Assembly: GCA_025057955.1 (NCBI GenBank)
Contig: JANXER010000005.1
Span: forward strand, 1 to 63,222
Direction: 5' to 3'
Source of the DNA: Candidatus Methanomethylicaceae archaeon
GTDB lineage: Archaea; Thermoproteota; Methanomethylicia; Methanomethylicales; Methanomethylicaceae
DNA: 63,222 bases
Position 1 is the first letter of the stretch. Each line of letters starts with the position of its first letter. The notes under the pieces are model-generated. The model saw only the letters and a program-made list of their open reading frames with translations, had not been told where the DNA came from and made no database searches. Below, in pieces: positions 52,439-62,345 of this stretch. The position numbers and the translations under genes were made by a program.

Positions 52439-52470
52439 AATTATTAATTTAAAATTTAGAATTAATAATT
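52439..52470. promoter_or_regulatory. Candidate NikR operator (AATTATTAATT-N10-AATTAATAATT; TATTA-N16-TAATA)
   Basis: Perfect 11-bp inverted repeat upstream of the metal ABC/nikR operon; it is AT-only, so chance occurrence is possible. Confidence 0.4.
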
Positions 52471-52508
52471 GCGAAAGAATTATCATTAAGGGAGGGAATT
52501 AATTTACT

Positions 52509-53369
52509 ATGGCTGATAGACCGAGATTTGGACCAGCAGGAATTCCACCCTCTTTTAGGGAAATGAAAGCAAGCCTTCTAGATGTTCCAAGATTATTGAG
52601 AGAAGAGGGTCTTGATGCTTTTGAATATCAAGCTGTTCGCTGGGGGGAAAAACCTCAGATAAAACAGAAGGATGCTGAGGCCTTTGGAATAAAAGCTAAA
52701 GAAAATGATGTGATTTTAAGTATTCATGCCTCATATTTTATCAATTTTTGCGGAAATAAAGATATAGTAAGAGCAAGTAGAAATAGATTGATAGCATGTG
52801 CTTTAGCCTCAAATTGGATGAGAGCTAGTCCAGTAGTTTTTCATGTTGGATACTATGGTGGAAGAAGCCCAAGGGAAACTCTTGAGCATTGTAAGAATGA
52901 GCTAAAGAGTTTAGTTGAAGAGCTTAAGTCAATGGGTATAAATTCAAGCCTAGGTCCGGAGACCATGGGGAAACTTTCTCAATTTGGATCTCTTGAGGAA
53001 ATAATATCACTTTGTGAACACATTGAAGGTCTGAAACCAGTAATAGATTGGGCTCATTTACATGCAAGAGATGTTGGAAAATTTAAAACTATAGAGGATT
53101 ATAGAGAGGTTTTAATTACTATAGAGAATAGGCTTGGATCAGAGTATCTTAAAGACTTACATTGTCACTTCACAAAAATAGAGTTTACAAATAAAGGAGA
53201 GAGGCAACATCATACTTTAGATGAAGAGGGTTATGGGCCTAATTTTGAACTATTAGCTGAAGTAATTATAGAGTTTAAAATTGCTCCAATAATAATAAGT
53301 GAAAGTCCAGTGCTTGATGTTGATGCTATAAAAATGAAGAATATCTTAATGAAAAAAATGAAATTTTAG
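52509..53369 (+). CDS. nfo: Archaeal endonuclease IV (AP endonuclease 2 family)
   Basis: FGPAG, SIHASYFIN, VFH.GYY, ETMGK..QFG, DWAHLHAR, H.HF..IE, GER.H, ISESP. Confidence 0.92.
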   Translation: MADRPRFGPAGIPPSFREMKASLLDVPRLLREEGLDAFEYQAVRWGEKPQIKQKDAEAFGIKAKENDVILSIHASYFINFCGNKDIVRASRNRLIACALASNWMRASPVVFHVGYYGGRSPRETLEHCKNELKSLVEELKSMGINSSLGPETMGKLSQFGSLEEIISLCEHIEGLKPVIDWAHLHARDVGKFKTIEDYREVLITIENRLGSEYLKDLHCHFTKIEFTNKGERQHHTLDEEGYGPNFELLAEVIIEFKIAPIIISESPVLDVDAIKMKNILMKKMKF

Positions 53370-53623
53370 AGACCTGCTTCTCTCAAGGCCTCCCTTAAAG
53401 TCTCCTCACTTGGGCAAACGCCTATTATTCTTATGTCCTTATCTATAACAATGGCTGGGCCCATCTCTATGCCATATTCATTGAGCTTTGGATTAATTCC
53501 TCTATAGATTTCAATTTCTATTCTATCTTTGTATTCTTCCTTTATTTTCTCTATAAGTTTAAGTAAGTTTCTTCCTCCTGAACATGGAGGCTCTGATACA
53601 AATACTTCAACCTTTATTGCCAT
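53366..53623 (-). CDS. Thioredoxin-like protein, single-Cys PPCSGG variant
   Basis: IKVEVF..PPC, YGI...PAIVI, GVCPS; paralogue of the adjacent gene. Confidence 0.8.
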   Translation of the reverse strand: MAIKVEVFVSEPPCSGGRNLLKLIEKIKEEYKDRIEIEIYRGINPKLNEYGIEMGPAIVIDKDIRIIGVCPSEETLREALREAGL

Positions 53624-53625
53624 AA

Positions 53626-53895
53626 TTACACCCCCATTTCCTTCAATGCATTTTCTATAGTTTTCATGCTGGGGCAAACTCCCATGATCTTTATTTTACC
53701 TTCATTAAACACAATGGCTGGAACTACTGTTAATCCATATTTTTTGAACTCCTCACAAGGTCCCATGTGTTTTATCACTTCTACTCTATCTCCATATTTG
53801 CTTTTTATTATATCGCAGTATTCTAAGAGCTTAGCACAGCCTGGACATGGCGGTTGGGCTGTAAATGCCTCTACCTTAACCACCATATTACTCAC
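53626..53895 (-). CDS. Thioredoxin/glutaredoxin-like protein (CPGC)
   Basis: PPCPGC, YG..VVPAIV, GVCPS. Confidence 0.85.
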   Translation of the reverse strand: MSNMVVKVEAFTAQPPCPGCAKLLEYCDIIKSKYGDRVEVIKHMGPCEEFKKYGLTVVPAIVFNEGKIKIMGVCPSMKTIENALKEMGV

Positions 53896-53987
53896 CGAAT
53901 TTTTTTAATAATTATCCTCAATTTAAGCTTATAGCACGAGCCTTCAACCGCCTTATAAATTCATATTAATGTAGATTTTATGAGGCT

Positions 53988-56900
53988 ATGATGAATATAA
54001 AACATTTTGTATTTTTACTTACCACTGTTTCTTTACTTACTATTGTTTTCTCAGTACAACCAATATTGGCTTATTCCGAGAGCCAATATATACCATATTC
54101 TAACTTTAATTTCATATATAATTTATCTCCTGCTGGATTAGATGAAGGTCAAAAAATTGGATTCATTCAAAATCACCCTATTCGTGAAAATATTGCGGAA
54201 TGGGGTTGGTTTAATCTTCGTGTCAGGGCATATGCAGCAACCCCCATAGGTGGAACACAGCCCTATAGACCTAATGTTAATGTTACAGCTGAGCTATATT
54301 ATTCAGGAAGCTTTTGGCGTCCATTTAGCTATGTTGAATCTAGAACGATAAATCCATCTATTGAGGTTTTAGATTTTAAAATACCATATGATCCATTTGG
54401 CAATCAAATAGGAAATTCTAGTTATGGATATTCAACGCTTAGCATGAATACATCGGGAAGTATGAACTATAGTATTAGGCTAGCTCAATTATATGCCTCA
54501 GCAGATTATTGGTTTAGCAATCATGAAGCTCTCTTTGAATGGGCTGTAGCGGATGTTAAATTGAAAATGATTACAGGGGCAATTTTAACATTTTATTGGA
54601 CTGAGATTGCTTCAATTCAATGTTCTTCAAGCCCTTCAGTGGGTTATCCTATATTGTTTATAGCCATGATAAGGGATGGTGTGCCTCCTTATAATATTAA
54701 ATGGAATTTTGAGGGGCGAATAATTGAACAACAAGTACAAGGAAAAATAGGAGAGAGTGTTTTCACAAGCATACAATATACCTTTACAACACCTGGTAAT
54801 TATAATATAACTTTAACAGCAATAGATTCCATGGGAATTTCAGATACAAAGTGGATTTTGATTAAAGTTTCTTCAGTTTATTTAACCATACAAACATCCA
54901 TAGGTGGAACAACAAACCCTCCTCCTGGCATATATAGCTATATGAAGGGTGAGCAGATTTCCATTCAAGCTCTGCCAAGCCCTGAATATGTATTGGGTTG
55001 GTGGGAATTGGATGGTGTTATTTCTGGGGATGAGGATTCCTTTCGTATCATTATGGATAGAAATCATACAGTTAAAGCGATTTTTGTACAAAGGCTTATT
55101 GCATCATTAACAGCAGCCCCCTCCTTTGGATTAGTTCCATTAAATACAACATTCACATGTATTACATCTGGAGGCCTTTCGCCCTATAGCTATGAATTGG
55201 AATTTGGGGATTCAGGCGTTTTTATTTTGAATCAGAGCAATTTTACGACGATTCAAACTTGGCATGTTTACTCTCAAGCTGGAAATTATAATGCTAAATT
55301 AACTATAGTGGACTCTATGGGAAGAAAAGGCTATGCTTCTACAACAGTAATAGTTCAAAATCCCTTGGGGTTGGATATAACACTTTCGAAATCAAATGAT
55401 ATAATTATAGCTCCTGGACAAACTGGGACATCTATTATATATGTAAATGCATCAAGAGCAGAACCTGTTTTACTTTCAATGCAATGGATTGGAAATGTAC
55501 CAGCTGATGTATTTTCATCAATAAATCCAACGTCATTAATTCCAAATGGAACTGCCATGCTTATAATATCAGCAGATTCAAAAACTCCATTGGGCAATTA
55601 CGTTTGTAGAATTATAGGTACTGCTGGAAATACTACAGCATATGTGGATGTTCATGTAAGTATATTACAGCGAATCTATTATCTTACAATATCTTCAGCT
55701 AATGGTGGAACTACAGAACCACCTCCTGGAATATATGCTCATCCATCTGGATCGATTGTTCATATAAAGGCAATTCCAAATGTGAATTGGAGTTTATCTG
55801 CTTGGAGAGTTGATGGATTGTTATCTGGGGGTAATGAGGTTTTAATTATAAAAATGGATGGAAATAGAACCATACAACCAATATTCCTTCAGAATAACTT
55901 TTCTCAATCACAATTTATTATTGATGTAAAATATTTTGAAGCAGGTGTATGGAGATCTGGCTCACAGAGTAATCCATTGGATTTCTCAAAATATGGAGCA
56001 GTGAAATGGAACATAAGTAATATAGAACTTCTATCTCCCATCACCATATCTACAACTTTAGGATCTCAAATTTCCATTCAATTTGATCCATTAAATACAG
56101 ATAATAAGTTTATTAGCACTTGGGGGGGAAAGCCAAAATCAAAAGTATGGTCAGCTAGATTATATACAACAAGCGGCAGCTATAATAATGATATATTACC
56201 TTCACTAATAACATATCCTTCTTCTTATTCGGCTATAGTTCTTCCACCTTCATCAATATTAGAAATAAAATTGAAGTGGATGGATTATCCTATAAATGTT
56301 ACATGCAATGCCCCTTGGGGCTATGTTTATGTTACATCAAATTCCCCAGGATGGGAGCTATATGATTATTCAAAGTATGAAAATGGATTTGGAGTTTATT
56401 ATGTAGATCATGGACATAAATTTTCCATTACCGCCATACCTTTTACAGGATATTATCTTGATAGAATTGAGGTTAATGGAACATGTTATTATAGAGATTA
56501 CGTTATAATTGAGGATGTGAGGGCGCCCCATGATATTAAAGTCTATTTCTCAGCCATTTCACCCACATTTATTTTGACAATTATTTCTACCGAGGGTGGA
56601 ACAACAATTCCATCACCTGGCAATTACGCTGTACCGCGCTATAGCACTCAAACCATTAAAGCTCAAGTTATAAATGCATCGTATTATTTCACAGGTTGGA
56701 TGGTTAATGGATTTCCAGCGGGTTTGAATGATAGCATTTCAATCTATATGGATGGGGATAAAATAGCTATGGCAACCTTCGATACAGATTTGCTAGCGCT
56801 TGTAGGACCATGTAGTCTCATCAATGGAAATATGTTCAAAAGAGTGATTATAAATGAAAAATTTGGAATTAATGTGACATGGCAAGTGCCAGGGGTTAAA

Positions 56901-57995
56901 CAGCCAACTTTGATTCAAGTAACAGCATGGCTTGATTCAATGGGTGCATGGTGGTGGAATGGTAAAAAGTTCATGAATACTACATATAAATTCAATGGAA
57001 GTGTGATGACAGATTCACAAGGAAAATTTACAATAAGATTTGGCTCTTTAGATGAAGTATTTTATACCACAGCAGAGGATGCAAAAGTTGGAGAGAAATT
57101 TTATGCCTATGCTAATATCACCGTGGGCTCAAATACATATAATTTAATAAGCGTTTGGAGAATTGATAACATAATGCCTTGGATGATCTTCAATTATAAT
57201 TTAACTGGAGTAAATGCAACAGTTTATTTCAAATATTCTACAGATGGATCACCAATAAAGGGTAGAGCTGGATATTATGCAGCATCTATAAGCATTTATC
57301 CACCAATAGTAAATAATCAATTTAAAAGTGAAAGATTATCTACACCTTGTGATGAAAATGGAAAATCATGGTTGTGGATTCCTTATTCAGAAATGAAACA
57401 AATTAGAAGAGGAAATGCCAGCATTATAGTTTGGGATTTAACAAGAAGATTCAATTCAAATAATGAAACCATATATTTTGCCATAACATGGGCCATAAGA
57501 ACAAATGTAACCTATTCAGCTATAGCAGCAATGATATTCTTTTTCAATGCCACTCATATGCTAATTGAACCAATAGATTGGGGAAGTTCTAATTTATTAC
57601 CAATAGAGAATGCATATGCTTATCTCTATTGGGATACATATGAACATCCCTTCAATGGAAGAAATGGACTTATAGGCATATTTGGGCCATCCAAAATAAT
57701 ACCAATAATTAAGGAGGAATGGCAGAAGTATAGAGCATATTTAAATATCAATGGAACTCCATGGCCTATATTTAACAATATAAAATTGAGTCCATTGAAG
57801 AATAGTATAGCAGCAATAGTCCTTCAATATCCCAATGCATATGAATTGATTTATGATAATGTTAATGCGCCAAAGCGCTTATATCTATTCCTAGTGCCAG
57901 GGTTTACAGAAGGGATATTATATAATCCAGCCGTGGAAATGCCAGATATCATTTTCCATAAACCTCATAATGAAGAGGAATTGTATAATTCCTGA
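53988..57995 (+). CDS. Large secreted surface/adhesin protein with PKD domains and repeated beta-sandwich modules
   Basis: Signal peptide; PKD-like units (YTFTTPGNY.ITLT..DS.G; HVYSQAGNY.AKLT.VDS.G); three GGTT.P.PG.Y...W.(V/L)(D/N)G repeats. Confidence 0.82.
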   Translation: MMNIKHFVFLLTTVSLLTIVFSVQPILAYSESQYIPYSNFNFIYNLSPAGLDEGQKIGFIQNHPIRENIAEWGWFNLRVRAYAATPIGGTQPYRPNVNVTAELYYSGSFWRPFSYVESRTINPSIEVLDFKIPYDPFGNQIGNSSYGYSTLSMNTSGSMNYSIRLAQLYASADYWFSNHEALFEWAVADVKLKMITGAILTFYWTEIASIQCSSSPSVGYPILFIAMIRDGVPPYNIKWNFEGRIIEQQVQGKIGESVFTSIQYTFTTPGNYNITLTAIDSMGISDTKWILIKVSSVYLTIQTSIGGTTNPPPGIYSYMKGEQISIQALPSPEYVLGWWELDGVISGDEDSFRIIMDRNHTVKAIFVQRLIASLTAAPSFGLVPLNTTFTCITSGGLSPYSYELEFGDSGVFILNQSNFTTIQTWHVYSQAGNYNAKLTIVDSMGRKGYASTTVIVQNPLGLDITLSKSNDIIIAPGQTGTSIIYVNASRAEPVLLSMQWIGNVPADVFSSINPTSLIPNGTAMLIISADSKTPLGNYVCRIIGTAGNTTAYVDVHVSILQRIYYLTISSANGGTTEPPPGIYAHPSGSIVHIKAIPNVNWSLSAWRVDGLLSGGNEVLIIKMDGNRTIQPIFLQNNFSQSQFIIDVKYFEAGVWRSGSQSNPLDFSKYGAVKWNISNIELLSPITISTTLGSQISIQFDPLNTDNKFISTWGGKPKSKVWSARLYTTSGSYNNDILPSLITYPSSYSAIVLPPSSILEIKLKWMDYPINVTCNAPWGYVYVTSNSPGWELYDYSKYENGFGVYYVDHGHKFSITAIPFTGYYLDRIEVNGTCYYRDYVIIEDVRAPHDIKVYFSAISPTFILTIISTEGGTTIPSPGNYAVPRYSTQTIKAQVINASYYFTGWMVNGFPAGLNDSISIYMDGDKIAMATFDTDLLALVGPCSLINGNMFKRVIINEKFGINVTWQVPGVKQPTLIQVTAWLDSMGAWWWNGKKFMNTTYKFNGSVMTDSQGKFTIRFGSLDEVFYTTAEDAKVGEKFYAYANITVGSNTYNLISVWRIDNIMPWMIFNYNLTGVNATVYFKYSTDGSPIKGRAGYYAASISIYPPIVNNQFKSERLSTPCDENGKSWLWIPYSEMKQIRRGNASIIVWDLTRRFNSNNETIYFAITWAIRTNVTYSAIAAMIFFFNATHMLIEPIDWGSSNLLPIENAYAYLYWDTYEHPFNGRNGLIGIFGPSKIIPIIKEEWQKYRAYLNINGTPWPIFNNIKLSPLKNSIAAIVLQYPNAYELIYDNVNAPKRLYLFLVPGFTEGILYNPAVEMPDIIFHKPHNEEELYNS

Positions 57996-58035
57996 TTTTA
58001 AATTTGTTTTTAAATTATAAATTTAGGATGATTAT

Positions 58036-58716
58036 ATGGAGCATGCTTTAAGCACTGCTATTATAACAGTGGCATTAATAGCTATATCTATTTCAGCCAT
58101 GGGAATAGCATATACATATGCCTTACAAATACAAGATGCTCCAATATTAGCATTAAGATCTAAAATTTTTGAAATAGCTGCTGCTCTAGAGCAAGCATCT
58201 TCCCTTGAAATAAAGAGGAGCGTTCATGGCATTAGCATGGGAAGATTTATAATGGAAAGCATTGACATGGGATATTTCAATATAACATTGGAACTTCCTG
58301 GAGGCATTTATGAAATTAAACTTAATAGAATTGCACTAAAGGGATTGGGTATTATTGAATCCTTTGGAAATAGTTTCAACTTTGGTCAACCTTCCATAAG
58401 AGTTTTGAATAATGAATTCATAGTTCCTTCCATAGGAATAAGCTATTTTGGAACTGATGTGGAAATGAACTCAAACCTTCACACAATAGTATTGAGAATA
58501 CCCTTAATTCAAAATTTCAAGGCCTCAGGAACATTTACAATGAATATAATTCCTATGGACAAAAAATATGAAACTCATGTTTTTGAATTATCTCAAGAAG
58601 GCTTAGTAAACTTGAGAATTGATGGTGAACATGCTCTAAGCATTAATGTTAAGATAGGAGATAAAATAAAAATCGTGGTAAATTACATTCTAATAAAATT
58701 GGAGAAACATTTATGA
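58036..58716 (+). CDS. Pilin-like protein with an N-terminal hydrophobic helix
   Basis: MEHALSTAIITVALIAISIS then a beta-rich domain; directly after the adhesin gene. Confidence 0.5.
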   Translation: MEHALSTAIITVALIAISISAMGIAYTYALQIQDAPILALRSKIFEIAAALEQASSLEIKRSVHGISMGRFIMESIDMGYFNITLELPGGIYEIKLNRIALKGLGIIESFGNSFNFGQPSIRVLNNEFIVPSIGISYFGTDVEMNSNLHTIVLRIPLIQNFKASGTFTMNIIPMDKKYETHVFELSQEGLVNLRIDGEHALSINVKIGDKIKIVVNYILIKLEKHL

Positions 58717-58732
58717 AAAACCTTTTAATTTA

Positions 58733-59149
58733 TCATAATTCACGTGGATCTATTCTTTTTATCCCTGGTACATTGTCAAAAATATTATCGGTTGAGATAA
58801 TGGTTCGATCTGATACTTTGTTAAGCACTGTGGCTGCATAATAGGCATCGAAAATTGAGCTAATATTATATTGTTTCATTAATGCTAAAGCCAATAAATC
58901 AATTTCATAAGTTGTTTCTAAGAAAATTAAATTATCTATAGTTATTAGAGCTGAAAGTCTATATATAATTTCATCAATAGAAATTCCCTCAGCCCTTGAA
59001 ACATAATATATTTCATGAAGACTTTCTCTTGAAGCATAAATCTTGCCTAAATCTCCTCTTACGATCTTAGTCATAATCTTATTGGCTATTGGCTTAAGCC
59101 AATCATCCTTCTTAATATAGGCATAGAGTATATCAGTTTCAACCATCAA
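58733..59149 (-). CDS. vapC: PIN-domain toxin (VapC)
   Basis: VETDILYA, E..YV, SIFDAYYAA, ISTD..FD. Confidence 0.9.
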   Translation of the reverse strand: MMVETDILYAYIKKDDWLKPIANKIMTKIVRGDLGKIYASRESLHEIYYVSRAEGISIDEIIYRLSALITIDNLIFLETTYEIDLLALALMKQYNISSIFDAYYAATVLNKVSDRTIISTDNIFDNVPGIKRIDPREL

Positions 59150-59394
59150 AGTTGTTTTCTCCTCCTTGCTCTTTTAATGGCATCTTCACCAGCCATTTTC
59201 TCTGCTATAGCTTTAAGTTCCTTTTCACTTTTCTCAGTAGTCAACCATCCCTTAGCTTCTTCATGTGGAACCTTCGGAAGAGGGATGGTGACAAAAAATG
59301 ATCCAGCTGGTATGACTATGACTTTAGTTTCTTTTATTCCAAATTCCTTCGGAATTGTCATTCTTCCTCTTTCATCAACCTTAACTATGGCCAT
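59146..59394 (-). CDS. vapB: AbrB/MazE-type antitoxin (VapB)
   Basis: KVDERGRMTIPKE; 4-bp overlap with vapC. Confidence 0.88.
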   Translation of the reverse strand: MAIVKVDERGRMTIPKEFGIKETKVIVIPAGSFFVTIPLPKVPHEEAKGWLTTEKSEKELKAIAEKMAGEDAIKRARRRKQL

Positions 59395-59489
59395 ATAATC
59401 CCCAAAATAAAAGTTAATCCCAAAAATATAAATATTACCCATATATAGTAATTTTTCCCATTATTTATTTTTAATATTAGCTTTGAAAA

Positions 59490-60166
59490 ATTACCATTTA
59501 ATTCCTTCTTTGGTTCTTCAATTGCCTTATTATATAACTTCAATGTTAAGATTAATCCTATAATCAAAACTATGGATTCTATGGTAATTAATATTACTTT
59601 GTGTAAATTGATATATTAAAGTATCAATAGTTCCATGAATTACAATTATCAATATTAATCCTAAAATTCCCTTCTTCTTAACCATATCTACCATAAATAT
59701 AGTGCTACCAGTATGAAACATTGTTGCTGAAAACCTTTCTAAAGCTGATATCATATATATTGGTATAGTTAGCCCAGCTGCTACTGAAGCAATTAATCCA
59801 GAAACTCCAATATGGAATGCCTCTGTTAATCCAAACCCCAATCCAATATTTAAAGCTCCAGTATATGATTTATTCCTTATAAATATGTATTTAAAGCCAG
59901 ATCGCACCAAACCTGCTATAAGCCATAATGAAATGCCAACCATAAATCCTTGGCTTAAAATTAATTTCATAGCCTCTTCTTGATTTACATTATTGAAGAG
60001 TATTATTAATAATATTGACAATTGTTGAATTAAAGATTGAACAATTATAGAAATGAAGAATATGAAAAGACCTAGGAGAATTTCTCCTCAATTTCCTAAA
60101 GCCAAGAGAGCGAAGAAGGATTAATCCAACTAATCCTCCTAAAATTGGAAATAAAATCATCCACAT
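59490..60166 (-). pseudogene. Frameshifted YhfC/PrsW-like intramembrane glutamic protease
   Basis: Start MWMILFP at 60166 is out of frame with GEILLG..QQLSIL. GLGFGLTEA, ERFSA..FH and IHG..D motifs are present; the C-terminal TM continues in another frame; 3' end approximate. Confidence 0.65.
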
Positions 60167-60175
60167 AATGGTACC

Positions 60176-60517
60176 TTACTCTTTTTCTATAACTACAGCA
60201 GTTCCATATGCGTATATTTCAGCCATCCTTGTACTAATAGTAGCAGTTGCAAATCTAAATCCTATTATAGCATTTGCACCCATATCTTTAGCTGATTTCA
60301 CAAGCCTTTTAATAGCCTCTTCTCTTGCTTCTGCAAGAAGTTGTGTATATTCCTTTATTTCTCCTCCAGCAATATTTCTAAGTGCAGCCATTATATCTCT
60401 ACCAAGGTGTGTAGCTCTTACAACACCACCCTTAGCAATACCCTTTATCTCTTTTATCCTATATCCAGGAATAGTATCAGTTGTAACTAATATTATATCC
60501 TCCATATCTTTCACCAA
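60176..60517 (-). CDS. YbjQ/UPF0145 family protein
   Basis: TTDTIPG, GRDI.A.LRNI.GGEI..YT, GANAIIG.RF, AYGTAV. Confidence 0.93.
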   Translation of the reverse strand: MVKDMEDIILVTTDTIPGYRIKEIKGIAKGGVVRATHLGRDIMAALRNIAGGEIKEYTQLLAEAREEAIKRLVKSAKDMGANAIIGFRFATATISTRMAEIYAYGTAVVIEKE

Positions 60518-60620
60518 TAGAATGAAGTGAGCTTCATATATTAAAGGATTTAATTGATGAATTTCTTATTTTTTGAAAACCACTTTTTAAATTTCCATGT
60601 ATTGATATAATTGAGCGACC

Positions 60621-61010
60621 ATGCATAAGCCTCTAACTGAAATTATAGCAATAATTACCTCTCTTTCAATGGGTTCAATATTAATAGGATTAACTTATGT
60701 TCAAGGAATAAGTGCATCCATAGTTGCTGAAGAGATAACAGCAGCTTCATTAGCATCCTCAATAGCATCAACATGTATTCAAAGTGTAGAAATGGCTAGA
60801 ATACAAGGTAATTCAGTAAGCATAATAATGCTTTTTTCAAAACCTATTATAATAAATACTAATAATTGTTTAATATCTTGTACACTAACATCCTCATTTG
60901 CCACAGTTTACATTAATGCTAGTTTGAATATTGTTGATTTCAAAGGAATGGTAAATTATCTCAATATTACAGCATATCCAAATGGAATGGTGATTATAAC
61001 TGGTGGATAG
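60621..61010 (+). CDS. Pilin-like protein
   Basis: MHKPLTEIIAII hydrophobic N-terminal helix, small beta-rich C-domain. Confidence 0.5.
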   Translation: MHKPLTEIIAIITSLSMGSILIGLTYVQGISASIVAEEITAASLASSIASTCIQSVEMARIQGNSVSIIMLFSKPIIINTNNCLISCTLTSSFATVYINASLNIVDFKGMVNYLNITAYPNGMVIITGG

Positions 61011-61029
61011 ATAATGGAGCGATTGAAAT

Positions 61030-61452
61030 ATGGATAAGCCCATAGAGATGGTTATGGCTTTTACAATATTTCTTTTAGCATTTTTCTTTGTATACACTAT
61101 AGGATTAGGATTATATACAGCTGGAATAAATGCAAAGATTTCATCCATACTTACATCAATGGCTGAGGCAACAGCCTCAACAATAATATTGCAAAATGGA
61201 GCATCTTCATCACTATGGCAATTATGGAATCCAGAAATAATTCCCACCATAAATATTATTCATCCATCATATTTGATAATAAAGCCAAAAATAAGCTTGA
61301 AGGCAACATGTTTCGGAGATGAAGGAGAAATATTATGGATTAAGGGAAGTGAAGCAAAAACTGAGGTAAAAACTCCTATTGGAAGTGCTTTTAGATTCTT
61401 AATTTTAGATAATGGAAATGCTGTGAAGCTAGAGGTGTATATAATTGGATAA
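61030..61452 (+). CDS. Pilin-like protein
   Basis: MDKPIEMVMAFTIFLLAFF: Glu followed by a hydrophobic helix. Confidence 0.5.
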   Translation: MDKPIEMVMAFTIFLLAFFFVYTIGLGLYTAGINAKISSILTSMAEATASTIILQNGASSSLWQLWNPEIIPTINIIHPSYLIIKPKISLKATCFGDEGEILWIKGSEAKTEVKTPIGSAFRFLILDNGNAVKLEVYIIG

Positions 61453-61855
61453 TTTACTAAATAATAAGGGAATTACACTTATGTATGATGCAATATTTGC
61501 ATGTATAATCATGTTTTTTGCCTTGGCAATTTTTGCAAATTCAATTCCTCGACCCATTTTAATTCAAAAAGATCTAAGTGAATATGCTAATTCAGTTTTA
61601 ATATGGATGGATTCCAAGGGATTATTAACTAAATGCATTTATGAGGAAGATTTAAAGCTACTATCCTCTATTCTCAATAAACTTTGTCCTAAAAATTACA
61701 GGCTTGAGGTATATTCATTAGAAGGAACTTTATTATGGTCTTATACATCTTCTGGATTCGATTTTGATAGATCGTCAGCCTCCCAACAATATCTATTGAT
61801 AAGCTATCAAGGAATTCCCAGCCCTAGGTTTGTGATTTTAAAAATTTCGCCTTAA
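61445..61855 (+). CDS. Pilin-like protein with a class III signal peptide
   Basis: NKG|ITLMYDAIFA followed by a hydrophobic helix. Confidence 0.6.
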   Translation: MDNLLNNKGITLMYDAIFACIIMFFALAIFANSIPRPILIQKDLSEYANSVLIWMDSKGLLTKCIYEEDLKLLSSILNKLCPKNYRLEVYSLEGTLLWSYTSSGFDFDRSSASQQYLLISYQGIPSPRFVILKISP

Positions 61856-61877
61856 AAATTTCCATTCGATTATCCCT

Positions 61878-62345
61878 TTGGGGAGAATTTTGGTATTACT
61901 TGAGAAAATATTGAACAAAGGTCTTACAACTCCACTCAGCACTATTATAATAGTAATTTCCATGCTTACCATTAATTCTATAGTATTTACAAAGGCATTT
62001 ACTATAGCCCTCAACCTATGGCAAGAGATTAACTCAAGACAACAAGATGTTATCCTACTTCATAATACAATAATTGGAATTTCATTATCTAATCCCGGCA
62101 GCTCTTCAATAGTTTATTTAAGGCCTCATTCCTCAATAATTTGCACTAATTCATCTATAAAGTATCCAATTTCATTTGAAGCGAGAGCTCCAGCTGGAAC
62201 GATAATTGCTGTAGAAAGAACTTCTACTTACACCATAGTCAAATATGCTATGAGGATTAATCCCTTCATCATACCTTCAGGCCAAGTTAAAGTTGTTGTA
62301 AGTAAAAATATTGATGGTTCAATATCTGTGGATGTGAAAATATGA
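61878..62345 (+). CDS. Pilin-like protein with a class III signal peptide
   Basis: NKG|LTTPLSTIIIVIS; the true start may be nearer the KG. Confidence 0.6.
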   Translation: MGRILVLLEKILNKGLTTPLSTIIIVISMLTINSIVFTKAFTIALNLWQEINSRQQDVILLHNTIIGISLSNPGSSSIVYLRPHSSIICTNSSIKYPISFEARAPAGTIIAVERTSTYTIVKYAMRINPFIIPSGQVKVVVSKNIDGSISVDVKI

